Assembly (NCBI GenBank): GCA_965250005.1
Contig: OZ252279.1
Location: 1,170,001-1,202,000 of the forward strand
DNA: 32,000 bases
Reading direction: 5' to 3'
Source: Demequinaceae bacterium
GTDB taxonomy: Bacteria > Actinomycetota > Actinomycetes > Actinomycetales > Demequinaceae
The notes under the pieces were generated by a model. The model saw only the letters and a program-made list of their open reading frames with translations. It was not told where the DNA came from and did not search any database. The position numbers were made by a program, and so were the translations under genes. Position 1 is the stretch's first letter. Every line of letters begins with the position of its first letter. This document shows, piece by piece, positions 1 through 8,726 of this stretch.

Positions 1-1222
1 CGACCACCGGACGCGTATTGATCAGGGTCTGCGGCGTGATGGCCTCGACGTCCTGAGTCGTCATGCGTTCGCGGACGACGCGCTCCATGCGCGACAGCCC
101 GGTGCGGATTTGGTTCTGGATCAGTTCGCCAACTGCGCGAATCCGGCGGTTACCAAAGTGGTCAATGTCGTCGGTTTCGACGCGAAGTTCGCCACCGAGC
201 GACTTGAAGCTCTTGTTGCCCGCGTGGGCGGCGGCGATGTACTTGACCGTCGCGACGATGTCGTTGAGGCCTAGCACTGAGTCACCGAGCGGCGCGCCAA
301 CGCCGAGCTTCTTGTTCAGCTTGAAGCGGCCCACCTTCGCGAGGTCGTAGCGCTTGGAGTTGAAGTAGAAGTTGTCGAGCAGGTTGCGGCCAGCGTCAAC
401 CGTGGGCGGTTCGCCCGGACGCAACTTGCGGTAGAGGTCGACGAGTGCGTCGTCCTGCGACTCCACAGTGTCCTTGGCGAGCGTTTCTAGGACGGTCGGG
501 TAGTCCTTGAACTCTTTCGCGATCTCTTCGGTGGTCATGCCGAGAGCCTTGAGGAACAGCGTGACCGGCTGCTTGCGCTTACGGTCGACGCGGACGCCCA
601 CAGCGTCGCGCTTGTCGATCTCAAATTCGAGCCAAGCGCCGCGGGACGGAATGATCTTCGCGGTGAGGATATCTTTGTCCGTGGTCTTGTCAGGCGTGCG
701 CTCAAAGTAGACGCCCGGCGAGCGAACCAGCTGCGAAACGACGACGCGCTCGGTTCCGTTCACGATGAATGTGCCGCGGTCCGACATCAGTGGGAAGTCG
801 CCCATGAATACGGTCTGCGACTTAATCTCACCGGTGGTGTGGTTCATGAACTCGGCTGTCACAAAGAGCTGAGCGGCGAAGGTGAAGTCCTTCTCCTTGC
901 ACTCCTCGGGCGTATGGCGCGGCTCTTCGAAGTACGGGTCCGCGAAGGACAGCGACATGGTCTGGCCGAAGTCCTCGATCGGAGAGATCTCCTCGAAGAT
1001 CTCCTTGAGGCCTGCTACCTCGGGGACGTCGTTTCTCTTCGCTTTCTGGGCAGCGGCTACGCGACCCTTCCATTTCTCATTGCCGAGCAACCAGTCAAAC
1101 GACTCGGTCTGCAGGCCAATGAGGTTCGGAACCTCAATGGGTTCCGCGATCTGGGCGAACGAAACGCGGCGCGAGGCGCTGCGGTTCTTAATGGCAGAAG
1201 CTGAGGTGCGCGAGGCAGCCAA
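1..1222 (-). CDS. rpoB: DNA-directed RNA polymerase beta subunit, N-terminal ~407 codons (gene continues past the window start)
   Basis: Absent from the ORF track because it leaves the window. My minus-strand translation from 1222 reads (TTG)[50 protein letters not shown]...[35 protein letters not shown]...[37 protein letters not shown], a canonical RpoB N-terminus. A GGAAGGA Shine-Dalgarno lies 6 nt upstream of the TTG at 1222-1220. An in-frame stop at 1270-1268 caps any upstream extension. The gene sits downstream of rplJ-rplL as expected. Confidence 0.95.
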   Translation of the reverse strand, partial: MAASRTSASAIKNRSASRRVSFAQIAEPIEVPNLIGLQTESFDWLLGNEKWKGRVAAAQKAKRNDVPEVAGLKEIFEEISPIEDFGQTMSLSFADPYFEEPRHTPEECKEKDFTFAAQLFVTAEFMNHTTGEIKSQTVFMGDFPLMSDRGTFIVNGTERVVVSQLVRSPGVYFERTPDKTTDKDILTAKIIPSRGAWLEFEIDKRDAVGVRVDRKRKQPVTLFLKALGMTTEEIAKEFKDYPTVLETLAKDTVESQDDALVDLYRKLRPGEPPTVDAGRNLLDNFYFNSKRYDLAKVGRFKLNKKLGVGAPLGDSVLGLNDIVATVKYIAAAHAGNKSFKSLGGELRVETDDIDHFGNRRIRAVGELIQNQIRTGLSRMERVVRERMTTQDVEAITPQTLINTRPVV

Positions 1223-1533
1223 GGGTGGGTCCTTCCCAACGGTCCGTGCGTGGCGACGCAACCTGAATCAGGACTCCACCGGACCCCGGGGCTAGGCCGC
1301 TAGAAGCGGTTGCACGCCGGGAAGGCATATGAGGGCAGGACGATAGGAAGCGCAACTCGTGATTCTACACACGATGCGCGCACCTGTCTAGACGGTCCGC
1401 GCCCTGAGGACATCGGATCTCCCAGCCGCCTTGGCTGGTCGTCGCCGCCTACCATACAGAAGGCCGCCGACACTGCCTAGGGTCGTGACCAATTCGAAAC
1501 CTTTGGGGTTTCCCCGGATTGCACCATCAGCGC

Positions 1534-1575
1534 AAAAAGAAAAGGTCGGGACGACGCCGAGGCATCGTCCCGACC
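1534..1575 (-). terminator. Rho-independent terminator/attenuator after rplL
   Basis: Perfect 11-bp stem GGTCGGGACGA (1544-1554) / TCGTCCCGACC (1565-1575). On the minus strand it is followed by TTTTCTTTTT (complement of 1534-1543). It lies 18 nt downstream of the rplL stop. Confidence 0.85.
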
Positions 1576-1593
1576 TGATCGGTCGAGCAGGTA

Positions 1594-1977
1594 CTACTTG
1601 AGGGTCACCGTGGCGCCGGCTGCCTCGAGGGCCTCCTTGGCCTTGTTGGCGTCCTCCGTCTTTGCGCCTTCAAGAACGGTCTTAGGGGCTTCGTCCACGA
1701 GCGCCTTGGCCTCACCGAGGCCGAGGTTGGTCAGTGCACGGACTTCCTTGATGACCTGGATTTTCTTGTCGCCAACCGACTCGAGGACCACATCGAACTC
1801 GTCCTTCACTTCGGCCGCGCCACCGGCGTCGCCGGCAGCAGGTGCAGCAACTGCAGCAACAGGTGCGGCAGCGGTGACCTCAAAGGTCTCTTCGAACGCC
1901 TTCACGAACTCAGAGAGTTCGACGAGGGTCAGTTCCTTGAACGCATCGATCAACTGATCGGTGGTGAGCTTTGCCAT
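1594..1977 (-). CDS. rplL: 50S ribosomal protein L7/L12
   Basis: 127 aa: [34 protein letters not shown]..., an Ala/Pro hinge, then ...[55 protein letters not shown]. Classic L12 architecture, and it follows rplJ. Confidence 0.98.
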   Translation of the reverse strand: MAKLTTDQLIDAFKELTLVELSEFVKAFEETFEVTAAAPVAAVAAPAAGDAGGAAEVKDEFDVVLESVGDKKIQVIKEVRALTNLGLGEAKALVDEAPKTVLEGAKTEDANKAKEALEAAGATVTLK

Positions 1978-2029
1978 GGTGGCTTTCCTTCCTTAACCTG
2001 CGTGAGCAGAGAGTGACGGGTTGTTGCGG

Positions 2030-2551
2030 CTAGGCCGCGTTTTCCTGCTTCTCGCGCAGGGCGTCGACGGTGCGTGCTGTCTGAGACAGCGGCGCCTGGA
2101 ATAGATATGCCGCACCGAACAGAGACGCCTTGAATGCGCCTGCTGCCTTGGCGAGCAGTACTTCGCGGGACTCGAGGCTTGCGAGTTTGATGAACTCATC
2201 AGCAGAGACGACGGCGCCCTCAAGGAGCCCGCCCTTGATGACGAGCGCTTCGTTGTCTTTGCTGAAATCACGCAATCCTTTTGCGGCCGCCACCGGATCA
2301 CCGGAAACGAACGCAATGGCCGTGGGGCCGGAGAAGAGGTCATCGAGACCCTCTACGCCGGCTTCCTTGGCCGCGAGCGCCGTAAGAGTGTTCTTTGCAA
2401 CCGTGTAGGTTGCGGCGTCGCGGATACCGTCGCGCAGCTCTGCGAGCTGAGGGACGCTAAGGCCGCGGTACTCGGTGACGATCACAGCGTCGGCCTGGCG
2501 GAACTGATCCGCTAGAGCCTTGACTGCGGCCACCTTGTCTGGCGTCGCCAT
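2030..2551 (-). CDS. rplJ: 50S ribosomal protein L10
   Basis: The ORF-track call 2030..2644 is over-extended. The internal ATG at 2551 gives [40 protein letters not shown]... (174 aa). It is preceded by GGAAGGA with 6-nt spacing. Confidence 0.95.
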   Translation of the reverse strand: MATPDKVAAVKALADQFRQADAVIVTEYRGLSVPQLAELRDGIRDAATYTVAKNTLTALAAKEAGVEGLDDLFSGPTAIAFVSGDPVAAAKGLRDFSKDNEALVIKGGLLEGAVVSADEFIKLASLESREVLLAKAAGAFKASLFGAAYLFQAPLSQTARTVDALREKQENAA

Positions 2552-2700
2552 GGTTGTCCTTCCGTTAATGAGACCGCCCGTCCCCAACAGAAGAGCCCCG
2601 CACAGGGCGGGGCTGAAATGACAAAGGCGGCCAAGGCCGCCCAAGTTCTGCGCGACCTAGGGCCACACATTCAACTCGTTCCTGCGCTGGTCTCCACCGA
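2552..2700 (-). promoter_or_regulatory. Candidate rplJ 5' leader (L10-leader-like autoregulatory region) with attenuator-type hairpin
   Basis: The rplA-rplJ spacer is 324 nt. Stem AGCCCCGC (2594-2601) / GCGGGGCT (2607-2614) is followed on the minus strand by CTTCTGTT about 40 nt before the rplJ start. A second GC stem lies at 2627-2642. The class assignment rests only on position, not on a covariance-model match. Confidence 0.35.
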
Positions 2701-2828
2701 TGTGGAACTTCAGACTTGCCGGTCACCTTGCGGATCCCGACGCGTCAACCTGCGGTCTTGGGCGTTGGCAATGGTACGTGCACACTGGTTCCCGCGCAAA
2801 TCCGTGGTGTGGTGCCAGGAAGTGAGAA

Positions 2829-2858
2829 AGGGCCGCCTCCCCTGTGGGAAGCGGCCCT
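2829..2858 (-). terminator. Hairpin terminator after rplA
   Basis: Stem GGGCCGC (2830-2836) / GCGGCCC (2851-2857), followed on the minus strand by TTTCTCACTT. It lies 18 nt downstream of the rplA stop. Confidence 0.55.
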
Positions 2859-2875
2859 CGTCTCAGACTATGCGG

Positions 2876-3583
2876 CTACGCGGCGTCGGCTTCAGTCGAA
2901 GCGGACGTGTCCACGAGAATGCCGGGGCCCGTCGTCGACGAGATCACGCACTTGATGATGTAGCGGCCCTTCGAGGAGGCGGGCTTGGAACGCTGCACCT
3001 CGTCAAGAATGGTCGTGAAGTTCTCGATCAGCTTCTCGTCTCCGAACGACGCCTTGCCAATCACGGAGTGGAGGTTCGCGTGCTTGTCGACACGGAACTC
3101 GATCTTTCCCCCCTTGATATCGGAAACGGCTTTCGCCACGTCCATGGTGACGGTGCCGGTCTTGGGGTTCGGCATGAGGCCGCGCGGACCAAGCACCTTT
3201 CCGAGACGGCCAACTTTGCCCATCAGATCGGGGGTGGCAACGACCGCATCGAATGCGACCTTTCCAGCCATGACTTCTGCAATAAGTTCGTCGCCACCGA
3301 CGATGTCAGCGCCGGCCACCTTCGCCGCGTCTGCCTTCTCAGCGTTGGCGAACACGAGCACCTTGGGGTTCCTACCTGTGCCGTTCGGAAGGATGACGGT
3401 CGAGCGGACCGCCTGGTCTGCCTGCCGTGGGTCGACGCCCAGACGGAAGACGATCTCGATCGTCGCATCCGCCTTCTTGGACGATGTCTTTTGTGCGAGG
3501 CGGATCGCCTCTAGCGGTGTGTAGGCCGTCTCCGGATCGACGAGCTGTGTCGCGTCCCGGTAGGCCCTGCTGCGCTTGGTCAT
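2876..3583 (-). CDS. rplA: 50S ribosomal protein L1
   Basis: [70 protein letters not shown]... I chose the ATG at 3583 (AAGGAG 8 nt upstream) over the track's TTG at 3589. Confidence 0.97.
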   Translation of the reverse strand: MTKRSRAYRDATQLVDPETAYTPLEAIRLAQKTSSKKADATIEIVFRLGVDPRQADQAVRSTVILPNGTGRNPKVLVFANAEKADAAKVAGADIVGGDELIAEVMAGKVAFDAVVATPDLMGKVGRLGKVLGPRGLMPNPKTGTVTMDVAKAVSDIKGGKIEFRVDKHANLHSVIGKASFGDEKLIENFTTILDEVQRSKPASSKGRYIIKCVISSTTGPGILVDTSASTEADAA

Positions 3584-3644
3584 CTGCAATTCTCCTTAGC
3601 AGTCGTGGTGACGGGCCAGCGCGGCCCTCCCACTTGGTGAACCG

Positions 3645-4073
3645 TCAATTAACGGTGATGCCCATGGAACGGGCGGTGCCTGCGATGATCTTCGCCGCGG
3701 CGTCGATGTCGTTTGCGTTGAGGTCTGCCATCTTGGCCGTTGCGATCTCGCGCACCTGAGCGTCGGTGATTGAACCGACCTTTTCGGTGTGCGGGACACC
3801 AGAACCCTTAGCGACGCCAGCAGCCTTTTTGATGAGCTCCGATGCGGGCGGGGTCTTGGTGATGAACGTGAACGAGCGGTCTTCGTAGACCGTGATCTCG
3901 ACCGGAACGATGTTGCCACGCTGCGACTCAGTAGCCGCGTTGTAGGCCTTGCAGAACTCCATGATGTTGACGCCGTGCTGGCCGAGGGCAGGACCGACGG
4001 GCGGTGCGGGGTTCGCAGCGCCTGCCTGAATCTGCAACTTGATCAGTCCGGCGACCTTCTTGGGGGGTGCCAT
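3645..4073 (-). CDS. rplK: 50S ribosomal protein L11
   Basis: 142 aa: [49 protein letters not shown]..., a canonical L11. Confidence 0.98.
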   Translation of the reverse strand: MAPPKKVAGLIKLQIQAGAANPAPPVGPALGQHGVNIMEFCKAYNAATESQRGNIVPVEITVYEDRSFTFITKTPPASELIKKAAGVAKGSGVPHTEKVGSITDAQVREIATAKMADLNANDIDAAAKIIAGTARSMGITVN

Positions 4074-4131
4074 GGCTTGTTCCTTTTCCTATCTAGTGGC
4101 GACTGACGCCGCCGATTAATTCGAACAGGCC

Positions 4132-5121
4132 CTAGAGCTTCTGGACCTGATCGAACGAGAGCTCGACCGGGGTTTCGCGGCCGAAGATTGAGACGAGGAC
4201 GTGGAGCTTCTGGCCCTCCGCGTTGATCTCGGAAATGGTGCCGGGGAGGGTCGCGAACGGGCCGTCGATAACGGTGATTGATTCGTCCACCACAAAGTCC
4301 ACCTCGATCGAAGACTTGGCCTGGCCGTCAGGAGTCGCCTCGTCAAGCTCGGGCGCTCTTTCCGGCGGCGCGAGCATCGAGTAGACCTCGTCGATGGTGA
4401 GCGGAACCGGCTGGTGGGCGTGGCCCACGAACCCGGTGACGCCGGGGGTGTTCCTCACGGTGCCCCACGACTCGTCGGTCAAGTGCATGCGTACGAGCAC
4501 ATAGCCCGGAATGCGGACGCGAACCACGGTGCGCTTCTGTGCATTTCGGATCTCCGTCACCTCTTCCATCGGAACCTCAACCTGGAAGATGTACTCCTCC
4601 ATGTGGAGGCTCTCAATGCGGTGCTCTATCGCTTGTTTGACGCGCTTCTCGTGGCCCGAATACGAGTGCACCACGAACCATTCGCCGTCGCGCATCTTCA
4701 GTTCGGCCTTGAATTCGGCCGACGGGTCAACGGGCGGCTCGGCGTCATCCGCGGGCGCTGCCTCGGCGTCACCCGAGGGAGCTTCCTCGGTGACGGCTGC
4801 GTCCTCGGCTGGAGCTGCGTCCTCAATTGCGGCGACTTCCTCTGCCGCGGGCGCTTCTTCAGCGGCGGCGGGCTCCACGGCAACCGGGGTTGCCTCGGCG
4901 GGCTCGATCACGATTGCGGATTCGATAGAGTCGGTCGCTTCGTCCGAGCTCGCAGTCATCTCTTCCACGGCAGTCGCGGCATCGGCAGCAAGGGCCTCTG
5001 CGGCGTCGGTCACCGTGTCGGCTGCATCGGCGACGGCGCCAGCCGCGTCGTCCACCGTCGGAACCTCAGCCGCTTGCTCGTTGGTCACTGCTTCTCCTAC
5101 GTTCTCGTTGTTCTCAGTCAT
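4132..5121 (-). CDS. nusG: Transcription termination/antitermination factor NusG with ~140-aa acidic N-terminal extension
   Basis: The C-terminal ~190 aa carry the NGN and KOW regions ([23 protein letters not shown]...IPGYVLVRM...[46 protein letters not shown]). I set the start at ATG 5121 (MTENNEN...), 4 nt after the secE stop. The track's start at 5142 would overlap secE. Confidence 0.93.
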   Translation of the reverse strand: MTENNENVGEAVTNEQAAEVPTVDDAAGAVADAADTVTDAAEALAADAATAVEEMTASSDEATDSIESAIVIEPAEATPVAVEPAAAEEAPAAEEVAAIEDAAPAEDAAVTEEAPSGDAEAAPADDAEPPVDPSAEFKAELKMRDGEWFVVHSYSGHEKRVKQAIEHRIESLHMEEYIFQVEVPMEEVTEIRNAQKRTVVRVRIPGYVLVRMHLTDESWGTVRNTPGVTGFVGHAHQPVPLTIDEVYSMLAPPERAPELDEATPDGQAKSSIEVDFVVDESITVIDGPFATLPGTISEINAEGQKLHVLVSIFGRETPVELSFDQVQKL

Positions 5122-5125
5122 GGGG

Positions 5126-5383
5126 CTATCCACCGAACACAATCTCGGCGAGCTTGGTGAAGCTCAGGTCGAACGCAAAAACGATGGCCATCATCACGGC
5201 GACGAAGATGAGCACAACGATGGTGTAGCGGCGCAACTCTTCAAGCGTGGGCGTGACGACGCGGCGGAGTTCGGACGCCACCTGGCGCACGAACAGAGCG
5301 ACGCGTCCAAAGAGGCCTCGCCCGTCGCGGGACTCGTGGCGCGGGTCGTTCTCGCCGGAGTCCGTGATGGCAGATTCGCTCAC
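5126..5383 (-). CDS. secE: Preprotein translocase subunit SecE
   Basis: GTG at 5383 is preceded by AAAGGA with 6-nt spacing. The 85-aa product ends in a single TM helix ([25 protein letters not shown]). Position between tRNA-Trp and nusG is as expected. The longer track ORF (to 5455) would run into the tRNA. Confidence 0.88.
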   Translation of the reverse strand: MSESAITDSGENDPRHESRDGRGLFGRVALFVRQVASELRRVVTPTLEELRRYTIVVLIFVAVMMAIVFAFDLSFTKLAEIVFGG

Positions 5384-5428
5384 CGTATGTCCTTTGTTTG
5401 AAATGATTCGCGGAAGTCCCGCGATACG

Positions 5429-5501
5429 CAGGGCAGGAGGGACTCGAACCCCCAACCGTCGGTTTTGGAGACCGATGCGCTACCAATTGCGCCACTGCCC
5501 T
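5429..5501 (-). tRNA. trpT: tRNA-Trp (anticodon CCA)
   Basis: Hand-folded cloverleaf, 73 nt: AGGGCAG-TG-GCGC-AATTGGTA-GCGC-A-TCGGT-CTCCAAA-ACCGA-CGGTT-GGGGG-TTCGAGT-CCCTC-CTGCCCT-G. The 3' CCA is not encoded. Confidence 0.93.
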
Positions 5502-5706
5502 TCGGGAGTGATGGGACCCCCGCCAGCTACCTTCACCATCACGATCCGCACGCGGGCGCGCGTCATCATGACGAATGTCAATCGCCGACGAGCAAGCATA
5601 CGCCCTCCGGCGGCGTGAGGCGAACCCTCGCCGCCTCATCGGGCCGTGTGACCCGGCGCTCCGGAACGTGCGTCCGGGCGCCCCGACCAGTGCCAGAATA
5701 GATGCT

Positions 5707-6921
5707 GTGAACGCAAAGCCCTCCCGCCCCCGCCTGTCCAAGCGCCTTGGCGCCATCGCCCCATCTGCCACGCTCGCGGTCGACGCTAAAGCCAAGGCGC
5801 TCAAAGCTGCGGGCAGGCCGGTTATCGGCTTCGGCGCCGGCGAGCCCGACTTTGCGACGCCGCAGTTCATTGTGGACGCCGCGGTCGCTGCGGCGAAGGA
5901 CCCCGCTAATCACCGCTACTCGCCGGCCGCAGGGCTCCCCGAGCTGCGAGAAGCCATTGCCGCCAAGACTCAACGCGACTCGGGATATGCCATTGAGCCC
6001 GCATCGACGCTCGTGACCAACGGGGGCAAGCAGGCGGTCTTCCAGGCCTTCGCGGCGATCCTTGACCCTGGCGACGAGGTGCTGCTGCCCGCGCCGTACT
6101 GGACCACCTACCCGGAGGCAATCTCCCTCACCGGCGCGCGCACGGTCGAGGTCTTCGCCGGAGCAGACCAAGGCTACAAGGTCACGCTCGAGCAGCTCGA
6201 GGCCGCGCGCACGGACAAGACCAAGGCCCTTCTTTTTTGCTCCCCGTCGAACCCCACGGGCGCCGTCTACTCTCCCGCGGCCACCAAGGCGATCGGCGAG
6301 TGGGCACTTGAGCACAGCATCTGGGTCGTCACCGACGAGATCTACGAACACCTCACCTACGACCAAGCCGCCTTTACGCCGATTCTCTCCGCGGTGCCCG
6401 ATTTGACCGAAACCTGCATCGTGGTGAACGGCGTTGCCAAGACGTACGCCATGACCGGCTGGCGGGTCGGATGGATGGTCGGCCCCAAGGACGTCATCAA
6501 GGCGGCCACCAACTTCCAGACGCACCTCACGAGCAATGTCGCGAATGTGTCCCAGCGAGCCGCGATCGCCGCGCTTGAGGGCGGGCTTGAAGAGGTCGCG
6601 CTCATGCGCGACGCCTTCGACCGGCGCCGCAAGACGATGGTGAAGATGCTTTCCCAGATCGACGGAATCGATTGCCCCGTTCCCGACGGCGCCTTCTACG
6701 CCTACCCGTCTGTCGAGGGCGTGCTCGGACGTGAAATCCGAGGCAAGATTCCCACCACCTCGGCTGAACTCGCGGCGATCATCCTCGAGGAGGTTGAAGT
6801 GGCTGTGGTCCCAGGCGAGGCGTTCGGTCCATCCGGGTACATGCGCCTCAGCTACGCCCTCGGCGACGAGGATCTTGCTGTGGGAGTCAGCCGTATCCAG
6901 GCGCTGCTCTCCGAGGGGTAG
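5707..6921 (+). CDS. aspC: Aspartate aminotransferase (class I PLP-dependent aminotransferase)
   Basis: Contains ...[41 protein letters not shown]... and the PLP-lysine motif [18 protein letters not shown] chose the GTG at 5707 (404 aa) by comparison with typical N-termini of this family. Codons just upstream (aga ata gat gct) look non-coding. The start is uncertain by a few codons. Confidence 0.9.
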   Translation: MNAKPSRPRLSKRLGAIAPSATLAVDAKAKALKAAGRPVIGFGAGEPDFATPQFIVDAAVAAAKDPANHRYSPAAGLPELREAIAAKTQRDSGYAIEPASTLVTNGGKQAVFQAFAAILDPGDEVLLPAPYWTTYPEAISLTGARTVEVFAGADQGYKVTLEQLEAARTDKTKALLFCSPSNPTGAVYSPAATKAIGEWALEHSIWVVTDEIYEHLTYDQAAFTPILSAVPDLTETCIVVNGVAKTYAMTGWRVGWMVGPKDVIKAATNFQTHLTSNVANVSQRAAIAALEGGLEEVALMRDAFDRRRKTMVKMLSQIDGIDCPVPDGAFYAYPSVEGVLGREIRGKIPTTSAELAAIILEEVEVAVVPGEAFGPSGYMRLSYALGDEDLAVGVSRIQALLSEG

Positions 6922-6977
6922 TTAGCTTCACGGAATTTCATCCGCTGGGACGATGCGCGTCAGGGTGGTTCGCGCGC

Positions 6978-6983
6978 TACTGT
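6978..6983 (+). promoter_or_regulatory. Candidate -10 hexamer TACTGT, implying a leaderless or near-leaderless ABC-2 operon mRNA
   Basis: TACTGT fits the TANNNT pattern and ends 7 nt before the ATG at 6991. There is no Shine-Dalgarno in between. Confidence 0.3.
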
Positions 6984-6990
6984 CGCACTC

Positions 6991-7857
6991 ATGAGCAATA
7001 TAGCCATCAGTATCCGTGGGCTCGAGAAGCACTACGGGGAAAAACGGGCGGTCGACGGCGTCGACCTCGACATCAAGTCTGGCGAGGTCTTTGCCCTGCT
7101 GGGCCCCAACGGCGCAGGCAAGTCGACCACCGTCGAGATCCTCGAGGGCTACCGCAAGCGCAACAGCGGTGAGGTGCGCGTTCTGGGCGTCGACCCGGCC
7201 AAGCCCACGCGCGAGTGGCGCGAGCGTCTGGGGATTATGCTGCAGAGCACATCGTCGGTCACGCTCCTCACTCCACGCGAAGCGATCGCGCACAGCGCGA
7301 GCCTCTATCCAGACTCCCTCGATGTGGAGCACGTCATCGACGTGGTTGGCCTAGCCGACAAGGCAGACGCCCGCGCGAACACCCTGTCCGGCGGTCAACG
7401 CAGGCGCCTCGACGTCGGGCTCGCAATCGTGGGCCAACCCGAACTGATCTTCATGGACGAGCCGACCACAGGCTTCGACCCCGAGGCCCGGCGTCGGTTT
7501 TGGAAGCTCATCGAGTCACTGCGAGACGGCGGCACCACGGTGCTGCTGACCACTCACTACCTCGACGAGGCCGAGTTCCTGGCCGACCGTCTCGCGGTGA
7601 TTGCAAACGGCAAAATCGTGGCCGAAGACACGCCCAAGGGCCTACGCGCCCGAGCGGCCCAGGCAACAGTCTCGTGGACGGAATCGGCCGGCAACCGCAG
7701 CGAAGTCACCGCGACTCCAACTGCCGTGGTGCGCGAATTGCTCGCGAAGACCAAGGGAGAAATTCTTGATCTCGAGGTCCGCCACCCGTCCCTCGAAGAC
7801 GTGTACCTCGAACTCATCCGAGAGAACGACGCTACGGAAGCGGAGGCTGCGGCATGA
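6991..7857 (+). CDS. ABC transporter ATP-binding protein, ABC-2/DrrA-like exporter subfamily
   Basis: Walker A GPNGAGKST, signature LSGGQRRRLDV, Walker B LIFMDEPTTGFD. The stop overlaps the start of an ABC-2 permease gene as ATGA. Confidence 0.9.
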   Translation: MSNIAISIRGLEKHYGEKRAVDGVDLDIKSGEVFALLGPNGAGKSTTVEILEGYRKRNSGEVRVLGVDPAKPTREWRERLGIMLQSTSSVTLLTPREAIAHSASLYPDSLDVEHVIDVVGLADKADARANTLSGGQRRRLDVGLAIVGQPELIFMDEPTTGFDPEARRRFWKLIESLRDGGTTVLLTTHYLDEAEFLADRLAVIANGKIVAEDTPKGLRARAAQATVSWTESAGNRSEVTATPTAVVRELLAKTKGEILDLEVRHPSLEDVYLELIRENDATEAEAAA

Positions 7858-8657
7858 GTCGCCCGTCGCTCGCAGCGCTGTCGTGGGAACGCGCACTCCT
7901 GGAGACCAAGGAGTTCATCCGCAGCAAAGACCAAATGATCTTCATTTTCCTTTTCCCCATCATGTTCATGGTCTTGTTCGGGGCGATATTCCAGGCCCAA
8001 GAACTCGAGTTTGGCGTGTCCTTCACGCACTACCTGATGGCCGGGCTCATCGCCTCGGGAATCCTCAACACTGGCTTCCAGTCCCTGGCAATCGGTATCG
8101 CCATCGACCGCGACAACGACGTTCTCAAGAGACTGCGGGGAACGCCCCTCCCTGTCCCCGCGTTCTTCGCCGGAAAAGTCCTCCACGTGCTCATGGTGTC
8201 TGTAGTGCAAATTGCGTTCGTGATCGCCGTGGGCGTGGTCGGGTATGGCGTTCCACTGCCCACGGAGGCATCGACCTGGCTCACGTTCACCTGGGTGTTC
8301 CTGCTGGGAACCGCAGCCTCGACCTTGCTGGGCATTGGTGCCTCGTCACTGCCACGAACCGGGCGCGCGGCGTCGGCCGTGGTCACGCCCATAGTCCTTG
8401 TCCTGCAATTCACGTCGGGCGTCTTCTTTGTATTCACGATGCTGCCGACGTGGCTCCAAACGTTCGCCGAGGTGTTCCCGCTCAAGTGGCTCGCGCAAGG
8501 CATGCGGGCCGTGTTCCTACCTGACGAGTTCGCCGCCGCCGAGGCGCGAATGAGCTGGGAGTTACCGACAGGCGCGCTTGTGCTCGCTGGTTGGGTGGTG
8601 GTTGGGCTTGTGCTCGCGCTCAAGACATTCCGCTGGCAGCGGCCTGGCGACAACTAG
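7854..8657 (+). CDS. ABC-2 type transporter permease (DrrB-like, about 6 TM)
   Basis: 267 aa and hydrophobic throughout (FIFLFPIMFMVLFGAIF, LMAGLIASGILNTGF, VLHVLMVSVVQIAFVIAVGVV...). Translationally coupled to the ATPase by a 4-nt overlap. Confidence 0.85.
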   Translation: MSRPSLAALSWERALLETKEFIRSKDQMIFIFLFPIMFMVLFGAIFQAQELEFGVSFTHYLMAGLIASGILNTGFQSLAIGIAIDRDNDVLKRLRGTPLPVPAFFAGKVLHVLMVSVVQIAFVIAVGVVGYGVPLPTEASTWLTFTWVFLLGTAASTLLGIGASSLPRTGRAASAVVTPIVLVLQFTSGVFFVFTMLPTWLQTFAEVFPLKWLAQGMRAVFLPDEFAAAEARMSWELPTGALVLAGWVVVGLVLALKTFRWQRPGDN

Positions 8658-8687
8658 GCCGGTGGGCGCGCGCCCCTGGCGGCGAAT

Positions 8688-8703
8688 CTGAGAGGCCTCT
8701 CAG
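8688..8703. promoter_or_regulatory. Perfect 16-bp palindrome CTGAGAGGCCTCTCAG (operator candidate or small terminator hairpin)
   Basis: The sequence is its own reverse complement. It lies 31 nt after the permease stop and 24 nt before the ATG at 8727. Confidence 0.3.
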
Positions 8704-8726
8704 GAACCGAGGCGCACGGTAGAGAC

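Noticed and set aside
2618-3524. 298-aa and 179-aa plus-strand ORFs
   Set aside because: They are antisense to rplA and the rplJ leader. They have no motifs, and the opposite strand encodes a canonical L1.
4414-5401. 248-aa and 296-aa plus-strand ORFs opposite nusG/secE
   Set aside because: They are antisense to nusG and secE. Their Ala/Ser-rich low-complexity sequence is the mirror of the GC-rich Ala/Glu codons of the NusG tail.
5384-5455. Longer secE ORF (to 5455); similarly the longer yajQ ORF (from 21976)
   Set aside because: The extensions run through tRNA-Trp (5429-5501) and tRNA-Tyr (21979-22060) respectively. Internal GTG starts with good Shine-Dalgarno sequences give family-typical lengths.
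5578-6525. 315-aa minus-strand ORF
   Set aside because: It is antisense to aspC, which has an unambiguous PLP-aminotransferase sequence.
8664-8675. GGGCGCGCGCCC 12-bp palindrome
   Set aside because: Pure GC palindromes of this length are frequent in high-GC DNA, and there is no supporting context.
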